Of a stretch of DNA of 64,000 nt, positions 29,321 through 40,195 are shown piece by piece. The stretch's first letter is position 1. Each line of letters starts with the position of its first letter. A program made the translations under genes and the position numbers. The DNA comes from Desulfurococcaceae archaeon. Its GTDB lineage: Archaea > Thermoproteota > Thermoprotei_A > Sulfolobales > Desulfurococcaceae. A model generated the notes under the pieces. It saw only the letters and a list, made by a program, of their open reading frames with translations. It did no database searches and had not been told where the DNA came from. The stretch lies in the NCBI GenBank assembly GCA_038888155.1, contig JAWAJB010000002.1, positions 224,001-288,000 of the forward strand, in the 5' to 3' direction.

Positions 29321-30796
29321 TTAAGAGTGCCCCGCGCTCTCTCTTCTTTTAGCCACTGCCTCACTAATTTCATACACAAAGCTCTTGAATTTGTTAATAA
29401 TATTTTCATCGTTGGGATCTATCGTTGAAAATACCCCGCGATTCCAAACGGTTATCAAGGGTTTAATTGCATTCTCCCGATACCTGCAGTAATACCTTAT
29501 AACGACATCTGATAATACCTCATTTCTTCTAACCCACCCTTCACTGATTCTTGTTGTTAAATGTATCACTAGCTTTCCATTGTTCTTAAGCCATGCATAT
29601 AGAGCGGAAATATTGTTCCAATATTTGGTCTTGTCTTTAGTTCTTATCCATATATTCTCTGCCTCATTGATAACTATTATGCCTGGATTATACTTCTCGA
29701 TCGCTCCTCGTATATGCGAGATCAACTCCTCCAGCGGGTACCTCGATGGATTTATCGACTCGAAAAAGAAGTAGTTTTCAACAACCCATCGAATTTCCTC
29801 CCTTTTAAGACTCGTATACTCGGCTAAAACCCTGTAAGGAATCATCATTTTAAATTCGTGGGGTGACCACTTGAAGGAGAACACCAATATTTTTAAGTCA
29901 TTAAATAGAGCAAGAGCGATTATAGGTATAAATATATCAACATTACGTGCATATGGAGGAGCGCTGTTTGTTATCACATCCCCACTATAAATGCTTCCAA
30001 TAAGATGCTTCCACAATTCAAGTCCCCGTAGCTCCTTAGACAGCGTTACTAGAGGTCTTACTGGAGTTGGCGGAACGTGCAAATCAATGCCCCTACTTTG
30101 CATAATTGTGAAAGGTATCTCGGCTAACAGTATCGGTGAGCCACGGGCTTTCCTGATCTCAAGCGAGCGTGAGATAAGCCCTCCATGTTTTTTGAGCCTT
30201 AGTGCGAGTACGATATCGGAGACGAACTCCGCGCCCCCAAGATCTTGAACCTCCTTGTTCATTTGTATCTCTGCTACCAAAACCAGAAGTCCATTAACAA
30301 TTTTATCTAAATGGTAAAAGAAATTCAGTAAAACAGCTCTCTTTGTCTCCAGAGCTTCTATAAGCTCTAATATTGGATTTACTGAGTCTATCACCACTAT
30401 GCTATAGCTACTTTTTACAACTAAATGGCTAATAGTATTCATTATCTCTTCGGGTGAGGCTACTGGTAGTTTAACGTAAGTTAGTAGCTGCTTGCTCTCC
30501 GCTTCCTGCAAGTTTATTCCCAGCTTTCCCATGTTCCTGTACAGCTTTTCTTTATCCTCGTAGAAAGTTATGAAGAGGCACTTGTGGCCCCTGAGAGCAT
30601 TTGAGTAGCAGATCTTGGAGGCAAGAGTAGTCTTTCCGGAGCCGGGGTGACCTACAATTAGAAGCATGGACTTGGATGGAATATCGCCGAGCAATTCATC
30701 TAGGCCAGAAATACCTGTGATGAACGAAGTACTCACTTTTATCACTTGATGATTTTCGGATGTCTTCATGTACAATATATTTGTATTGATGAACAA
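29321..30796 (-). CDS. KaiC/RAD55-family RecA-like ATPase with two domains, the second degenerate
   Basis: TGISGLDELL, Walker A GHPGSGKT, IVVIDS, LEIRKARG. True start probably about 20 codons downstream. Confidence 0.88.
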   Translation of the reverse strand: MFINTNILYMKTSENHQVIKVSTSFITGISGLDELLGDIPSKSMLLIVGHPGSGKTTLASKICYSNALRGHKCLFITFYEDKEKLYRNMGKLGINLQEAESKQLLTYVKLPVASPEEIMNTISHLVVKSSYSIVVIDSVNPILELIEALETKRAVLLNFFYHLDKIVNGLLVLVAEIQMNKEVQDLGGAEFVSDIVLALRLKKHGGLISRSLEIRKARGSPILLAEIPFTIMQSRGIDLHVPPTPVRPLVTLSKELRGLELWKHLIGSIYSGDVITNSAPPYARNVDIFIPIIALALFNDLKILVFSFKWSPHEFKMMIPYRVLAEYTSLKREEIRWVVENYFFFESINPSRYPLEELISHIRGAIEKYNPGIIVINEAENIWIRTKDKTKYWNNISALYAWLKNNGKLVIHLTTRISEGWVRRNEVLSDVVIRYYCRYRENAIKPLITVWNRGVFSTIDPNDENIINKFKSFVYEISEAVAKRRESAGHS

Positions 30797-30977
30797 TATA
30801 AAAATTTAACGCATAATACTTTATTTTGCTTTTCTCTACCCGATCCATTCAACTTAATATTAAGTAATTTTTAAGTAAATGGTAAATAGACTAATCGACA
30901 AATTGTCCACTCCTCCTAGATGGGGATGACGTTATGGTAGTATAAGCCCAATAAGTGTTTATTTGTTTTTGGTAATC

Positions 30978-32756
30978 CTAAGCCAATGGCTCCCTCAGTA
31001 AGACTCTTCCTGCTAACGTTTTATTGTACTTTGAGTTCTCAACAACTATAGTACCGTTGACTAGTACGTATTTTATCCCGCTAGGCGGCTGCCTAGGATC
31101 GCCTAGAAGGGGATGATCTAGCTCGACAACGTTAAATACAACGATATCAGCATAGTAGCCTTGCTTGATGCCCCCCCTTCTAGCTAGACCAGCAATTCTT
31201 GCAGGTATGCTAGTTAGTTTTTCTATGGCCTCCTCTATAGGTAAAATATTTTTCTCAACCACATATTTCTTTATAAACCTAGGGAAGCAGCCGTAAGTAT
31301 TAGGATGTGGAAGATAGTACGGAGGGACCTTTAACTCCCATTGCATCCCCAAGTTAAACGTGTCTGTTACAACAGCAGAGATCTTATGCTTTATAGCTTC
31401 CTCAAGAGAGGCTTCATGTAGCTCTAACATTCTGTTGATCTCAATTTCAGTTGTTGGGTCTTCGGAGAGTAAATCTAATATAAGATCTACAATGTCCTTG
31501 TTTAATTTCTCGGAGACTTCATATAATGTGAATCCTGAGATCCCGTCTACATTGCTTTTAACTATTGTTATATGTTTAGCTAAATCAGTTATATAGAATG
31601 GGTTAAGAGAGTATATTTTACCCTCTTGAATATTCCTCTTAACTTCATCTCTATAATCCTTAGCTCTCAATAAATTTCCTAATCGTTCGAGGTTGCCTGC
31701 GTCCCGGATGCATGGAGATAACAGTGATGCAAGGTATTTTATTTTAAAGACGCCGCCCGTTTCCGTGGGAATAACATCGAATCCTATCTCAAGACCCGAT
31801 TCACGAGCTTTCTCAATGGTTTTTATAGTTTCGCGGGCAGAAACCCTCCATAATTCCTCATTATCAGGGTAAACTATGTAGCCGGGCAATAGATGCGAGA
31901 TCTCTACCCTTATCCCAGCCTTTCTTCCTACTTCAATGGCCTCTATTATTCCTTCAATTTTACGTGGCAATAATTTCGAGGTTCCTCTTCTTATACCCGT
32001 TCTTCGCCAGTGAGTAGAGTATAACCCTCCGTATTTAGCAGCAACTTTAGCAAGCTCTATTATTTCTTCGGTATCAGCATATGCCCCAGGCTCGTAGTCA
32101 AGACCTGTCGAGAATCCTATTGCACCCGCCTCCATAGCTTCCTCAACTAGCTCTTTCATTTCCCTAATTTCTTCGGTTGTAGCTTTCCTTTTGTAATCTT
32201 TGCCCATAACTTGGGCTCTAATGGTATTGTGGCCGACCTGTAGAGCAATGTTAACACCTATCCCCGTGGCTCTAAGTACATCTATGTACTCGCGGAACGT
32301 GCTCCAATTTATTTCAAGTCCCAGAGTTTCTCTCAAAAGAGGTTTGATCTCGTCTAGGGGAACAACAGCTGACTCGGGATAGTACTTGTAAGGATAAAGT
32401 CTCTGAATCGCCTCTTCTTCCCAAAAGCTCCAAAGCCACCATTTCTTAAGAGGAGCTGGGCTGTATCCACAGTTGCCCCCGACCGCGGTTGTGATTCCTT
32501 GAAGTAAACCGCACTCAGCTGATGGATACATTAGCATAGTTTCATCGAAGTGGCTGTGTAAGTCTATAAATCCAGGAGAGACGAATAGATTGCTTGCCTC
32601 TATAACTTTCTTCGCGTCCAAGCCCCTACACTCCTCTAGTTTGCCAACAAAAGCTATTTTGTCGTCTTCTATGCCAATGCAGCCCTCAAATGGAGGATTA
32701 CCAAACCCGTCAACTATTGTCCCACCAATTATCAATATAGAAAACAAACGCCCCAC
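30978..32756 (-). CDS. N-acyl-D-amino-acid deacylase (second D-aminoacylase)
   Basis: PGFIDLHSH, GGNCG, GFSTGLDY, STHWR, EISH and PHPNTYGCFPR. Confidence 0.9.
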   Translation of the reverse strand: MGRLFSILIIGGTIVDGFGNPPFEGCIGIEDDKIAFVGKLEECRGLDAKKVIEASNLFVSPGFIDLHSHFDETMLMYPSAECGLLQGITTAVGGNCGYSPAPLKKWWLWSFWEEEAIQRLYPYKYYPESAVVPLDEIKPLLRETLGLEINWSTFREYIDVLRATGIGVNIALQVGHNTIRAQVMGKDYKRKATTEEIREMKELVEEAMEAGAIGFSTGLDYEPGAYADTEEIIELAKVAAKYGGLYSTHWRRTGIRRGTSKLLPRKIEGIIEAIEVGRKAGIRVEISHLLPGYIVYPDNEELWRVSARETIKTIEKARESGLEIGFDVIPTETGGVFKIKYLASLLSPCIRDAGNLERLGNLLRAKDYRDEVKRNIQEGKIYSLNPFYITDLAKHITIVKSNVDGISGFTLYEVSEKLNKDIVDLILDLLSEDPTTEIEINRMLELHEASLEEAIKHKISAVVTDTFNLGMQWELKVPPYYLPHPNTYGCFPRFIKKYVVEKNILPIEEAIEKLTSIPARIAGLARRGGIKQGYYADIVVFNVVELDHPLLGDPRQPPSGIKYVLVNGTIVVENSKYNKTLAGRVLLREPLA

Positions 32757-32870
32757 CTCCTATTTGGTATAACGAATTTTCTATATCTCTAGGAACAATT
32801 TATATTTGTTTGGGTATATCGTCTTCACAACATCATTATCATTGAATTATTTTAGTGCCTCTACAATGTA

Positions 32871-33560
32871 TTACTCATTGAGAACCCCCGATGGTGTAGA
32901 TGTCCCTATTATTCTCTTAAGTTCCCTCAAGTTGAGCAGTTTGAACCAATCTGCTCACTTAATTAATTGTCTCTCAAACCATATTTTTTGACCAATCTCT
33001 TTAAGCTCCTCCAATGGTGCTAAATCCCATTGGTTTTCCACATTCTCGACGTTTTTGGTCTATATATATTCCAGGCGGACGAGCCAAAACTAGGCCATTA
33101 GAGACAGTCCGCCTACGCTCTTCTCTTATGGACAATTAGACAGCCTCACTTAGTGGAATATCTTGTTTGCCCGTAGGTATTCATTTTTTATCAACTACAC
33201 AACTATGTTCTAAGTGGCTATGTCTTGAGCTTACAAGAAATATAATCTAGCGGTTCTGTTTGATGATAAGCTGGTTCAACGTTGTTAAATGCAGTAGCCT
33301 ATTGAAGTCCTCCATGTCTTCTTCAAGCCTCTTTTGCTTCCTATCTAGGAACCTTTACGGCTGAAAGACCACTTGGCTATGTTTCTCACTACTCTCATCT
33401 CCCATATGAAACTTGCGGTTCTCTCAAGTCACTATTGTGGCAGGGTTCACTCATCGGTTAAGCCTAGCATACGTGCCTAAGTTGAAATCGCACTAAGCCT
33501 TCCTCCTCGGTAACATCTATTAGTTTAAAGAGATCCGCCTTCTATTTAGGTCCACGTTAG
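32871..33560 (-). pseudogene. Probable decayed gene remnant(s)
   Basis: Minus-strand protein-like fragments (ADLFKLIDVTEEEGLVRF; FLDRKQKRLEEDMEDFNRLL; WDLAPLEELKEIGQKIWFERQLIK*ADWFKLLNLRELKRII) broken by stops and frameshifts. Confidence 0.35.
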
Positions 33561-33865
33561 TTGCGCAAGCATACAAAGGTTCATAATCACACGAAACAAG
33601 CTTCGTCTCATAAAAGAGCCGCACCTCTTGATACAGCTCCCTTAGCCAGTTATATGTATACATGCGACAGGAAAGGTTGCAACCGACTGCATTCAACACA
33701 TTTATCGCAACATCTACTGGGGCGCTTCACAGAAATTCGATTATTAACTTCATTTTAACTAAGGTAATAATAAAAATTACAAGAATCTTCATTCCTAGCA
33801 TTAAAATAATCATGCTACCTAAAATATTATATCGCGAAAAAATAAATTGTACGACAATCTCCTGT

Positions 33866-34387
33866 TTAACTCCAGGGATTTCCGTAAACATTTACAGAAA
33901 CTAAATCTGATAACTGTTTCCGCGGTCTAGGAGCAGGAGATTCGTTAGGTTTACCTATTGTTATCAATGCAACAACTTTATATCTGTCCGGAACATTGAG
34001 AAGCTTCTTGACTTCAAGTTCGTCAAATGCCCCAATCCAGCAGGTACCATAACCTAGTTCGGTCGCCTCGAGTACTATATGATCTAGTGCTATCGCTGTG
34101 TCTATAACAGCCCACTTGGGTGAAGATTCCACATCGGCGAGCCCAACAATTATGCAAGCTGCATCTTTTACAAATGCCTGGTTTCTACAGGCTGGAACGA
34201 GTTTCTCTTTAAGCTTATCATCACGTACTAATATGAAATGCCTTGGTTGCCTATTGCCTGCACTGGGGGCCCACCTATTTGCCTCGAGGATTTTAATTAA
34301 ATCTTCTTTCACTATATCTTCGCGCTTGTAAGCCCTTATGCTTCGTCTTGATAGAATTGTCTCGTATACCCCCAATTCAATCTCCAC
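33866..34387 (-). CDS. Nitroreductase-family flavoprotein
   Basis: RRSIRAY, APSAGNRQP, LGYGTCWIGAF and RPRK. Confidence 0.93.
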   Translation of the reverse strand: MEIELGVYETILSRRSIRAYKREDIVKEDLIKILEANRWAPSAGNRQPRHFILVRDDKLKEKLVPACRNQAFVKDAACIIVGLADVESSPKWAVIDTAIALDHIVLEATELGYGTCWIGAFDELEVKKLLNVPDRYKVVALITIGKPNESPAPRPRKQLSDLVSVNVYGNPWS

Positions 34388-34448
34388 TTAGAGGCTAGCT
34401 ATTTAGAGGTATTTAAACTAAAATAAAAATAAAGTTCGAGTTCTATTT

Positions 34449-35456
34449 TCATTTATTTTGTGCTCTCCCAAGAACCCTGTATAGCTCTCTCTCAAATATC
34501 GCCAGCTTAGACGCTAATGCTTCTTTTTGTAACCTCTTTAACACGGGGTATCCAAGCAATTGTTCTAAAGCCCACTCCTTGGCGAATTCGCCGCTAAGAA
34601 TTTCTTGAGCAGACGTTCTCATTTTATCTTTAAGTTCGCTCGTTAAATGCCTTTTCAACCTTGTCAGGTGTCCGTACTGGCTGGTCCTTGAGTGTAACTT
34701 CATTTGCTCGAATAACCCTATTTCAGCCATGTACTTAGCGACTTCTGATAACTCACCCGACGCGTAAAGCTCGAGAATTGCAGCCTCAGGGGATACACCA
34801 AATTCTTCGGTTAGGACCTCAAAGTATGCTATGAATGCAGCTTGAAGAATTGGTCCCCAAGTCTGTTCGCTCATTAAGTCCAGTAGTGTTTCCTCGTCAA
34901 AGCTGGATTTTACTGCTACGCCCCCAGGTCTTCCGATAGCACCTATGGCCTGGGCGAATGCCTTTGCATGCTCCCACGCTCTCCCGGAGCAATCTTTAGC
35001 TACACCCACTAAAACAGGATACCCTTTTCCTTGTTTGTGTAAATCTAGGATCCCCGCGCCAATCATTCGAGGGGCAATCATTATCGTGTCTGCGTTGCTC
35101 GGAGGCTCGATAAAACCAAATGTTATATTGTAGCCGCTTGCAAAAATCAACACATAGAAGGATTTATTTCGAGTTGCATTTTCTATTTTCTCGTAGAACA
35201 CTTTTGGTGCTATTTCGTCGGGAATCAAAAGAGCTAAAATATCGGCTTTGCTTGAGGCTTCCTCAATCAAGTATGTCTCAAACCCTGCTCTGATCGCAGC
35301 CTCATAAGAGGAGTCCTTTATGTTCCCTATAATTACGCGAAAACCGCTATCTCTTAGAATACTAGCCCACGCGCGGCCTTGGTTGCCGAAACCTATAATA
35401 GATATTGTTCTATTTTTTATTAAATCAATGTCTCCATTGAAATACAGCTCTGTCAT
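34449..35456 (-). CDS. ilvC: Ketol-acid reductoisomerase, non-canonical (IlvC-2 type)
   Basis: GFGNQG Rossmann motif, LLIPDE, FASGYN, APRMIG, DLMSEQ, ELYASGE and HSRTSQYG. Confidence 0.85.
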   Translation of the reverse strand: MTELYFNGDIDLIKNRTISIIGFGNQGRAWASILRDSGFRVIIGNIKDSSYEAAIRAGFETYLIEEASSKADILALLIPDEIAPKVFYEKIENATRNKSFYVLIFASGYNITFGFIEPPSNADTIMIAPRMIGAGILDLHKQGKGYPVLVGVAKDCSGRAWEHAKAFAQAIGAIGRPGGVAVKSSFDEETLLDLMSEQTWGPILQAAFIAYFEVLTEEFGVSPEAAILELYASGELSEVAKYMAEIGLFEQMKLHSRTSQYGHLTRLKRHLTSELKDKMRTSAQEILSGEFAKEWALEQLLGYPVLKRLQKEALASKLAIFERELYRVLGRAQNK

Positions 35457-35852
35457 TTAGGTTACCTCAAAAACTATATTGAACGAAAATGTATTTATTT
35501 AATACCAAGGGTTGAACCCATGTGCACAGATAATTTCGAAGGACAAGATTGCATCTGCGACCTTCATTCTCACTAATGAACTTCAAGTAAATAAAAACTC
35601 TAAAAGCATGCACTAAATTAAGAACACTTTTTCCAGCTAGATGAAATTTTGTCGGTTTGGCGTGCCTTCTTGATATATAGTTTTTTATTGCTTTAACTTG
35701 CAATGCTCTAGGAAGGAAATATCCAGTGCGTAAACGTTAAAGCTCAATTGAACTTGACACCGCTTTAAAATTATTCTTGTTCCGATCGAACATTTTCTAC
35801 GCTGCAATAGTTAGTTAATAATTCAATTACACACTTGGAAGTAAAAGACATT

Positions 35853-36407
35853 CTATTTAGGAATTTTAAGGGTTGCCTTAAGACCCTCTACAAGGACTTT
35901 GATTTCTTTCCTCAATTTATTCTCTTCTCTAATTGTTTTGACCTGGACGTTTAAGTGGTAAATAGGAGTTAAGCCGTAATTTTTCGCAACTATCAATTTA
36001 ATTCTCTCGGAGTTAACGGGTAAAGAACTAGTTGTCACTACAGCCAGTGGCTTGTTGGAACGGTATTTCCTTAGAAATTCCTGTATTGGTGGGGTTAATG
36101 TATTATACCATATTGGCGATAGCACTACTAGTGCCGAGTACTTCTCTGAGTCAAACGGAGTCGGTTTTAACTTGATCTCTGTACCTCTTCTTACAATGGT
36201 ATCATATATTAAACTGGGGTTGGCGTGAAGGGGTCTCTTATACTCATTTATTGGATCTACTCTAAATTCATCCACTAATAGGTAATGTGAGCTGAGCTCG
36301 TCAGCTGTAACTCCAGCTACCTTGCGAGTGTTGCCGGTTCTCGAGTAATGAATTGTCGCGATATATATTGGCTCCAGGGCAATGTTCATACTCTCGATCA
36401 ACTGCAC
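35853..36407 (-). CDS. Flavodoxin-like protein
   Basis: YSRTGNTRKVA FMN-binding loop and SPIW motif. Confidence 0.75.
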   Translation of the reverse strand: MQLIESMNIALEPIYIATIHYSRTGNTRKVAGVTADELSSHYLLVDEFRVDPINEYKRPLHANPSLIYDTIVRRGTEIKLKPTPFDSEKYSALVVLSPIWYNTLTPPIQEFLRKYRSNKPLAVVTTSSLPVNSERIKLIVAKNYGLTPIYHLNVQVKTIREENKLRKEIKVLVEGLKATLKIPK

Positions 36408-36424
36408 GCGAAATTTTAGTAAAG

Positions 36425-37807
36425 CTATTCTTTCTGCGAAAAGTTTAGTACCGTCATTACTACGTGCTTTATTCCCAGCTTGAAATCCGTTAAACGTATA
36501 TTTTCGTTCGGGGAGTGGGCCCTTGATCCATAGTAGCCAACGCCTGCGCCTGTCATAGGAGTCTTGGCCAGACCTGTGAATATGTAGATAGGTCCAGATC
36601 CGCCTGATAGTGGAGTTAACTTTGGTTCTCTGCCATAGATTTCTTTTGCAGCGCTAGCCGAGGCCTTTACAATAAACTCTGAAGGCTTAGTGTAACCAGA
36701 TGGATACATACTCAACACCTCAATCTCCGCCTCTTGGTAGCCCAATTCAAGTATATACTTTCTGAGCGCTTCGAGTAGTCTCTCGGGATCTTGGCCAGGT
36801 ACTGGCCTGATATCTATTTTAACACCTGCAACACTTGGAATAACTGTTTTTGATCCCTTCCCAGTATATCCTGCGTAAAGCCCAGATATGTTCAACGATG
36901 GTGTACTATAGAGTTCCCTTAGAGCTTCTCTTCCTTTAAGATCCTTTAGGAAACTTGCGAGCTCTAACTCTTCTCTAAGCTTGTCTATTTCCTCATGACT
37001 TAATTTGTTAGTCAACATTTCAACGTGAGCAATGAACTCTTCATCTACTCCTTCCCCTATACCTGGCAACAATATATCTCCCTCGGGTGATTTCAACTTA
37101 GCCAGCAAGTGTATTAGTTTCCAAGCCGGGTTAGGAACTAGAGGTGCCAATCCGCTGTGGACGTCTCTATTTGGACCTTTAAACTTTATTTCCACATACA
37201 ACATTCCCTTAAAGCCAAGGGGGATCTCTAGTGAACCATCTCTTCCTACGGAGGCAGTTTCCCAGACACCTCCATCGCTTTTTACCCAGCCTAAGTTCTC
37301 TTTTACAATGTTAGGTAGAGAAGGAGAGCCGATCTCTTCTTCTCCTTCTATTAAGAACCTTATCTTTAAGTCAAGCTTCTCCAAGTAATCCGTTAAAGAA
37401 TCTATAGCGGCAATCCTCGCTACAATATTGCCCTTGTTATCTGAAGTGCCCCTACCGAATGCGTAGTCGCCCTTAATGTTCATAGTAAATGGATCCGATT
37501 CCCAAAGCTCGATTGGGTCTGGCGGCTGAACATCGTAGTGATTATAGAACAGAAGTGATCGTGATCCAGAGCCGATCTCGGCTAATACTACTGGGGCACC
37601 GCCTTTAGATTTCACTTCAGCCTTATATCCTCTTTCGCGGAAAATCTCAAAGAGGTAGCGAGCACATGAATGTAGATCTTCACCTCTCCAAGCAGATACA
37701 GATTTAAATGCAATTAAGCTCCTCAATAGATCCACGTATTTGTCGTAGTTTGTATTTATGTACTTAAAAGAACTACTTACAATTTTTGATAGCTCGCTCT
37801 CGTACAA
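36425..37807 (-). CDS. M20 dipeptidase-like metallohydrolase
   Basis: YNHYDVQPPDP, GRGTSDNKG, EGEEEIGSP, GSKTVIP and AHSPNEN. Confidence 0.92.
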   Translation of the reverse strand: MYESELSKIVSSSFKYINTNYDKYVDLLRSLIAFKSVSAWRGEDLHSCARYLFEIFRERGYKAEVKSKGGAPVVLAEIGSGSRSLLFYNHYDVQPPDPIELWESDPFTMNIKGDYAFGRGTSDNKGNIVARIAAIDSLTDYLEKLDLKIRFLIEGEEEIGSPSLPNIVKENLGWVKSDGGVWETASVGRDGSLEIPLGFKGMLYVEIKFKGPNRDVHSGLAPLVPNPAWKLIHLLAKLKSPEGDILLPGIGEGVDEEFIAHVEMLTNKLSHEEIDKLREELELASFLKDLKGREALRELYSTPSLNISGLYAGYTGKGSKTVIPSVAGVKIDIRPVPGQDPERLLEALRKYILELGYQEAEIEVLSMYPSGYTKPSEFIVKASASAAKEIYGREPKLTPLSGGSGPIYIFTGLAKTPMTGAGVGYYGSRAHSPNENIRLTDFKLGIKHVVMTVLNFSQKE

Positions 37808-38275
37808 TATTCCACCGTGAAATTTATTTATTCGTAATTCAGTAAATAAGCTTTAATCCAAGAGCTTTAAAATTACGACGAGCTTAGTCCAACATCAATT
37901 GATGTATAAAAAGCCTTCGACGAAGCGAAAGTTCATTGCTTTAGGCAACTAGAACCACACAGAGAAATTTGCTAGGCTTAAAAGCATAGATGAATGGTCG
38001 TAAAGACTTAAAATTAGATTGTCAGCGTAGAGATCTGAAAGTAACAGCTTGGAAGCTTGTGAATAGATGCTATTAAACTTTGTATTATTCTGTGTCTCAA
38101 TAAAGTACACATAACAACTAAGCGTTTGCGTATACAACTTGCTGGCATTAGGATAGTCGTCAGTGCTAATAGTTTACAAGAGATCACCGGATTTCTTAAC
38201 GCTTCAATGAAATGTGCTATGCTATTTACTGATCCTGCGAAAATGCGCAAGCTTCTGCGGACTGTGGCTACTTCG

Positions 38276-38749
38276 TCATTTAGCGGTCCCCTTTCGTGCC
38301 TTTCTCTTTATTCGCTCGAGGCATCCGTCTTTGTATGGCCTTATATGCCTGTAATCTCTCTCAAACTGCAGGTTTGCATTCAATCTCCTGAGAACATACA
38401 CGCACACGGTCTCCGATATTACTTTGCAAGTAAATCTTGTATCTAAGCCCAACAACATCGAAAGCCTGAGAATTGGACACGGGTTACGCGAAATGGTAAT
38501 TAACTCATCTTCATCGAGTTTTAACACCGAAACATGCTTGGGCCTGAGAAATAGAAAATCATAATAGAACAAATCTAAGACCTCCTTCATGGATTCAGCC
38601 TTTCTGGGTTTTAAAGTCCACAATCGTCCATATATGTAGAAAACTAACAGCCCCAAGTAGATGGGCACGAGCTTAAATAAGTATAATAAGCTACCAAGGC
38701 CTCTCATGGCTTTCACAAACTGCGCTAACCTATTTGTAGATAAAAACAT
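38276..38749 (-). CDS. Hypothetical protein with three spaced cysteines (V4R/ATC-hydrolase-like fold possible)
   Basis: NPCP...TCK..SE...HIRP...GC.E pattern; start uncertain. Confidence 0.55.
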   Translation of the reverse strand: MFLSTNRLAQFVKAMRGLGSLLYLFKLVPIYLGLLVFYIYGRLWTLKPRKAESMKEVLDLFYYDFLFLRPKHVSVLKLDEDELITISRNPCPILRLSMLLGLDTRFTCKVISETVCVYVLRRLNANLQFERDYRHIRPYKDGCLERIKRKARKGTAK

Positions 38750-38917
38750 AGTGGAAATTTATGAATTATTGGGTCCCAAGAATTTTAATCAGTCCACGTG
38801 TTGACTGGGTCTTAAGTTAGTTTCTTTCATGCTATCGAATCGAGATGGCGGGACCCTCTATTATCTGTCATGGGCGCTTGTCGTCATACGATATGCGAAT
38901 AATGGAAGTACGAAATG

Positions 38918-40195
38918 TTAGAACAATAAGAACGGCATATAAACAGCCATGTTAATAATGGTCACTAAAACTCCCACCTTTGTGAACTCTTTGAAAGTAA
39001 GAGTGGTGTTGTACTTTGACTCGAGAACCTCTAATACAATAATATTAGATGCGGCCCCCAGCAGTGTGAGGTTTCCAGCTATAGTTGAAGAGCAGGCCAA
39101 AGTGAGCCAATCTGCAGTATCTTTCCAGCTATACCCGATGCTCTTCATGTAGTTTATGTAGAGATTTGTTAGAGGTACATTGCTTAAAGCTTGGCTGAGA
39201 AGAATGGCTGTTAGCGAAATTGAGAGAGTGCTTATTGGAGGGCTGCTCTTATATGGTTGGATTGCAATTAACGCAGGTTGAATTGCACCGCTTCTCCACA
39301 CGCCGTTCATAGTTATAAACATTGACATAAACAGCACTATGGTCCCCCAATCAACAGCTGCAAGAACAGTGCGCGGATTGGATGCAAACATGTATATTGA
39401 TGCTGCAATAATGAATGGAATAAAACCTCGATGAGTGATATGCGGGAGGTTAAGGAGGTCTAATATATCATTAACTACAAGAGCGACAATTGTAGTTAAC
39501 AAACCTATAGCTGCTAACATTGCATCGTTTTTGTTCCTAATGGCCTCTGATGACTTAGTTGAAATGAAGGCCTTCTCCTCGGGGATTTTGAAAAACCATA
39601 TAATAAATCGCGCAGTCAACAAAAGATTTATTATTGTTGGGACAGCAAGACGTGCAACGAAGAATATAAATGGAGACCGCATTCCCGACCTTGTAGCAAT
39701 TAGAACATTTTGGGGATTCCCAATAGGAGTCATTGTTGAACCAATAGTTAGCGAGAAAGCTAGCAGGAGAAACATTGGCGTGAGATTTATACCAGTTGCC
39801 TTAGCTAATGTGTACGCTATTGGAGGCCCCATTAATGCCACAGCGTCATTAGTAGCAAATGCTGACATTAGCCCAAACATCAATGATGATGCGTAAATTA
39901 ATGCATGGCGTGACCTAATAAATGACATAAATAGATACGCTAGACTCGTAAGTAACCCTGATTGTTCAGCCAGCGAAACTATGCTGAACATGCCTATTAG
40001 ATACAATATTATGTTTAGATCCTCTAAATAGCTAATCTCTTCTATTGAAACTAATCCAGTGATCGTTACTATGAATGCAGAAAAAGCCATAATGCTCCAT
40101 ATTGGTATATGAGGTTTTTTACTGCGCATTATAAGTGCTATGATTAGATAGAGAAGCACTCCAAAGCCGATAATAGACTGATAATTCGCCATCAT
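38918..40195 (-). CDS. ArsB/NhaD/SLC13-type anion transporter
   Basis: SAFATNDA, TIGS.MTPIGNPQN, SQALSNVP and STIAGNLTLLGAASNII. Confidence 0.9.
   Translation of the reverse strand: MMANYQSIIGFGVLLYLIIALIMRSKKPHIPIWSIMAFSAFIVTITGLVSIEEISYLEDLNIILYLIGMFSIVSLAEQSGLLTSLAYLFMSFIRSRHALIYASSLMFGLMSAFATNDAVALMGPPIAYTLAKATGINLTPMFLLLAFSLTIGSTMTPIGNPQNVLIATRSGMRSPFIFFVARLAVPTIINLLLTARFIIWFFKIPEEKAFISTKSSEAIRNKNDAMLAAIGLLTTIVALVVNDILDLLNLPHITHRGFIPFIIAASIYMFASNPRTVLAAVDWGTIVLFMSMFITMNGVWRSGAIQPALIAIQPYKSSPPISTLSISLTAILLSQALSNVPLTNLYINYMKSIGYSWKDTADWLTLACSSTIAGNLTLLGAASNIIVLEVLESKYNTTLTFKEFTKVGVLVTIINMAVYMPFLLF

Noticed and set aside
37892-37905. Perfect 14-bp palindrome ACATCAATTGATGT upstream of the M20 dipeptidase
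   Set aside because: Single occurrence about 85 nt from the start; a few such palindromes are expected by chance in 64 kb of AT-rich DNA.
37949-38250. Short overlapping minus-strand ORFs that might be a decayed membrane-protein gene
   Set aside because: No recognizable motif; cannot be supported without a search.
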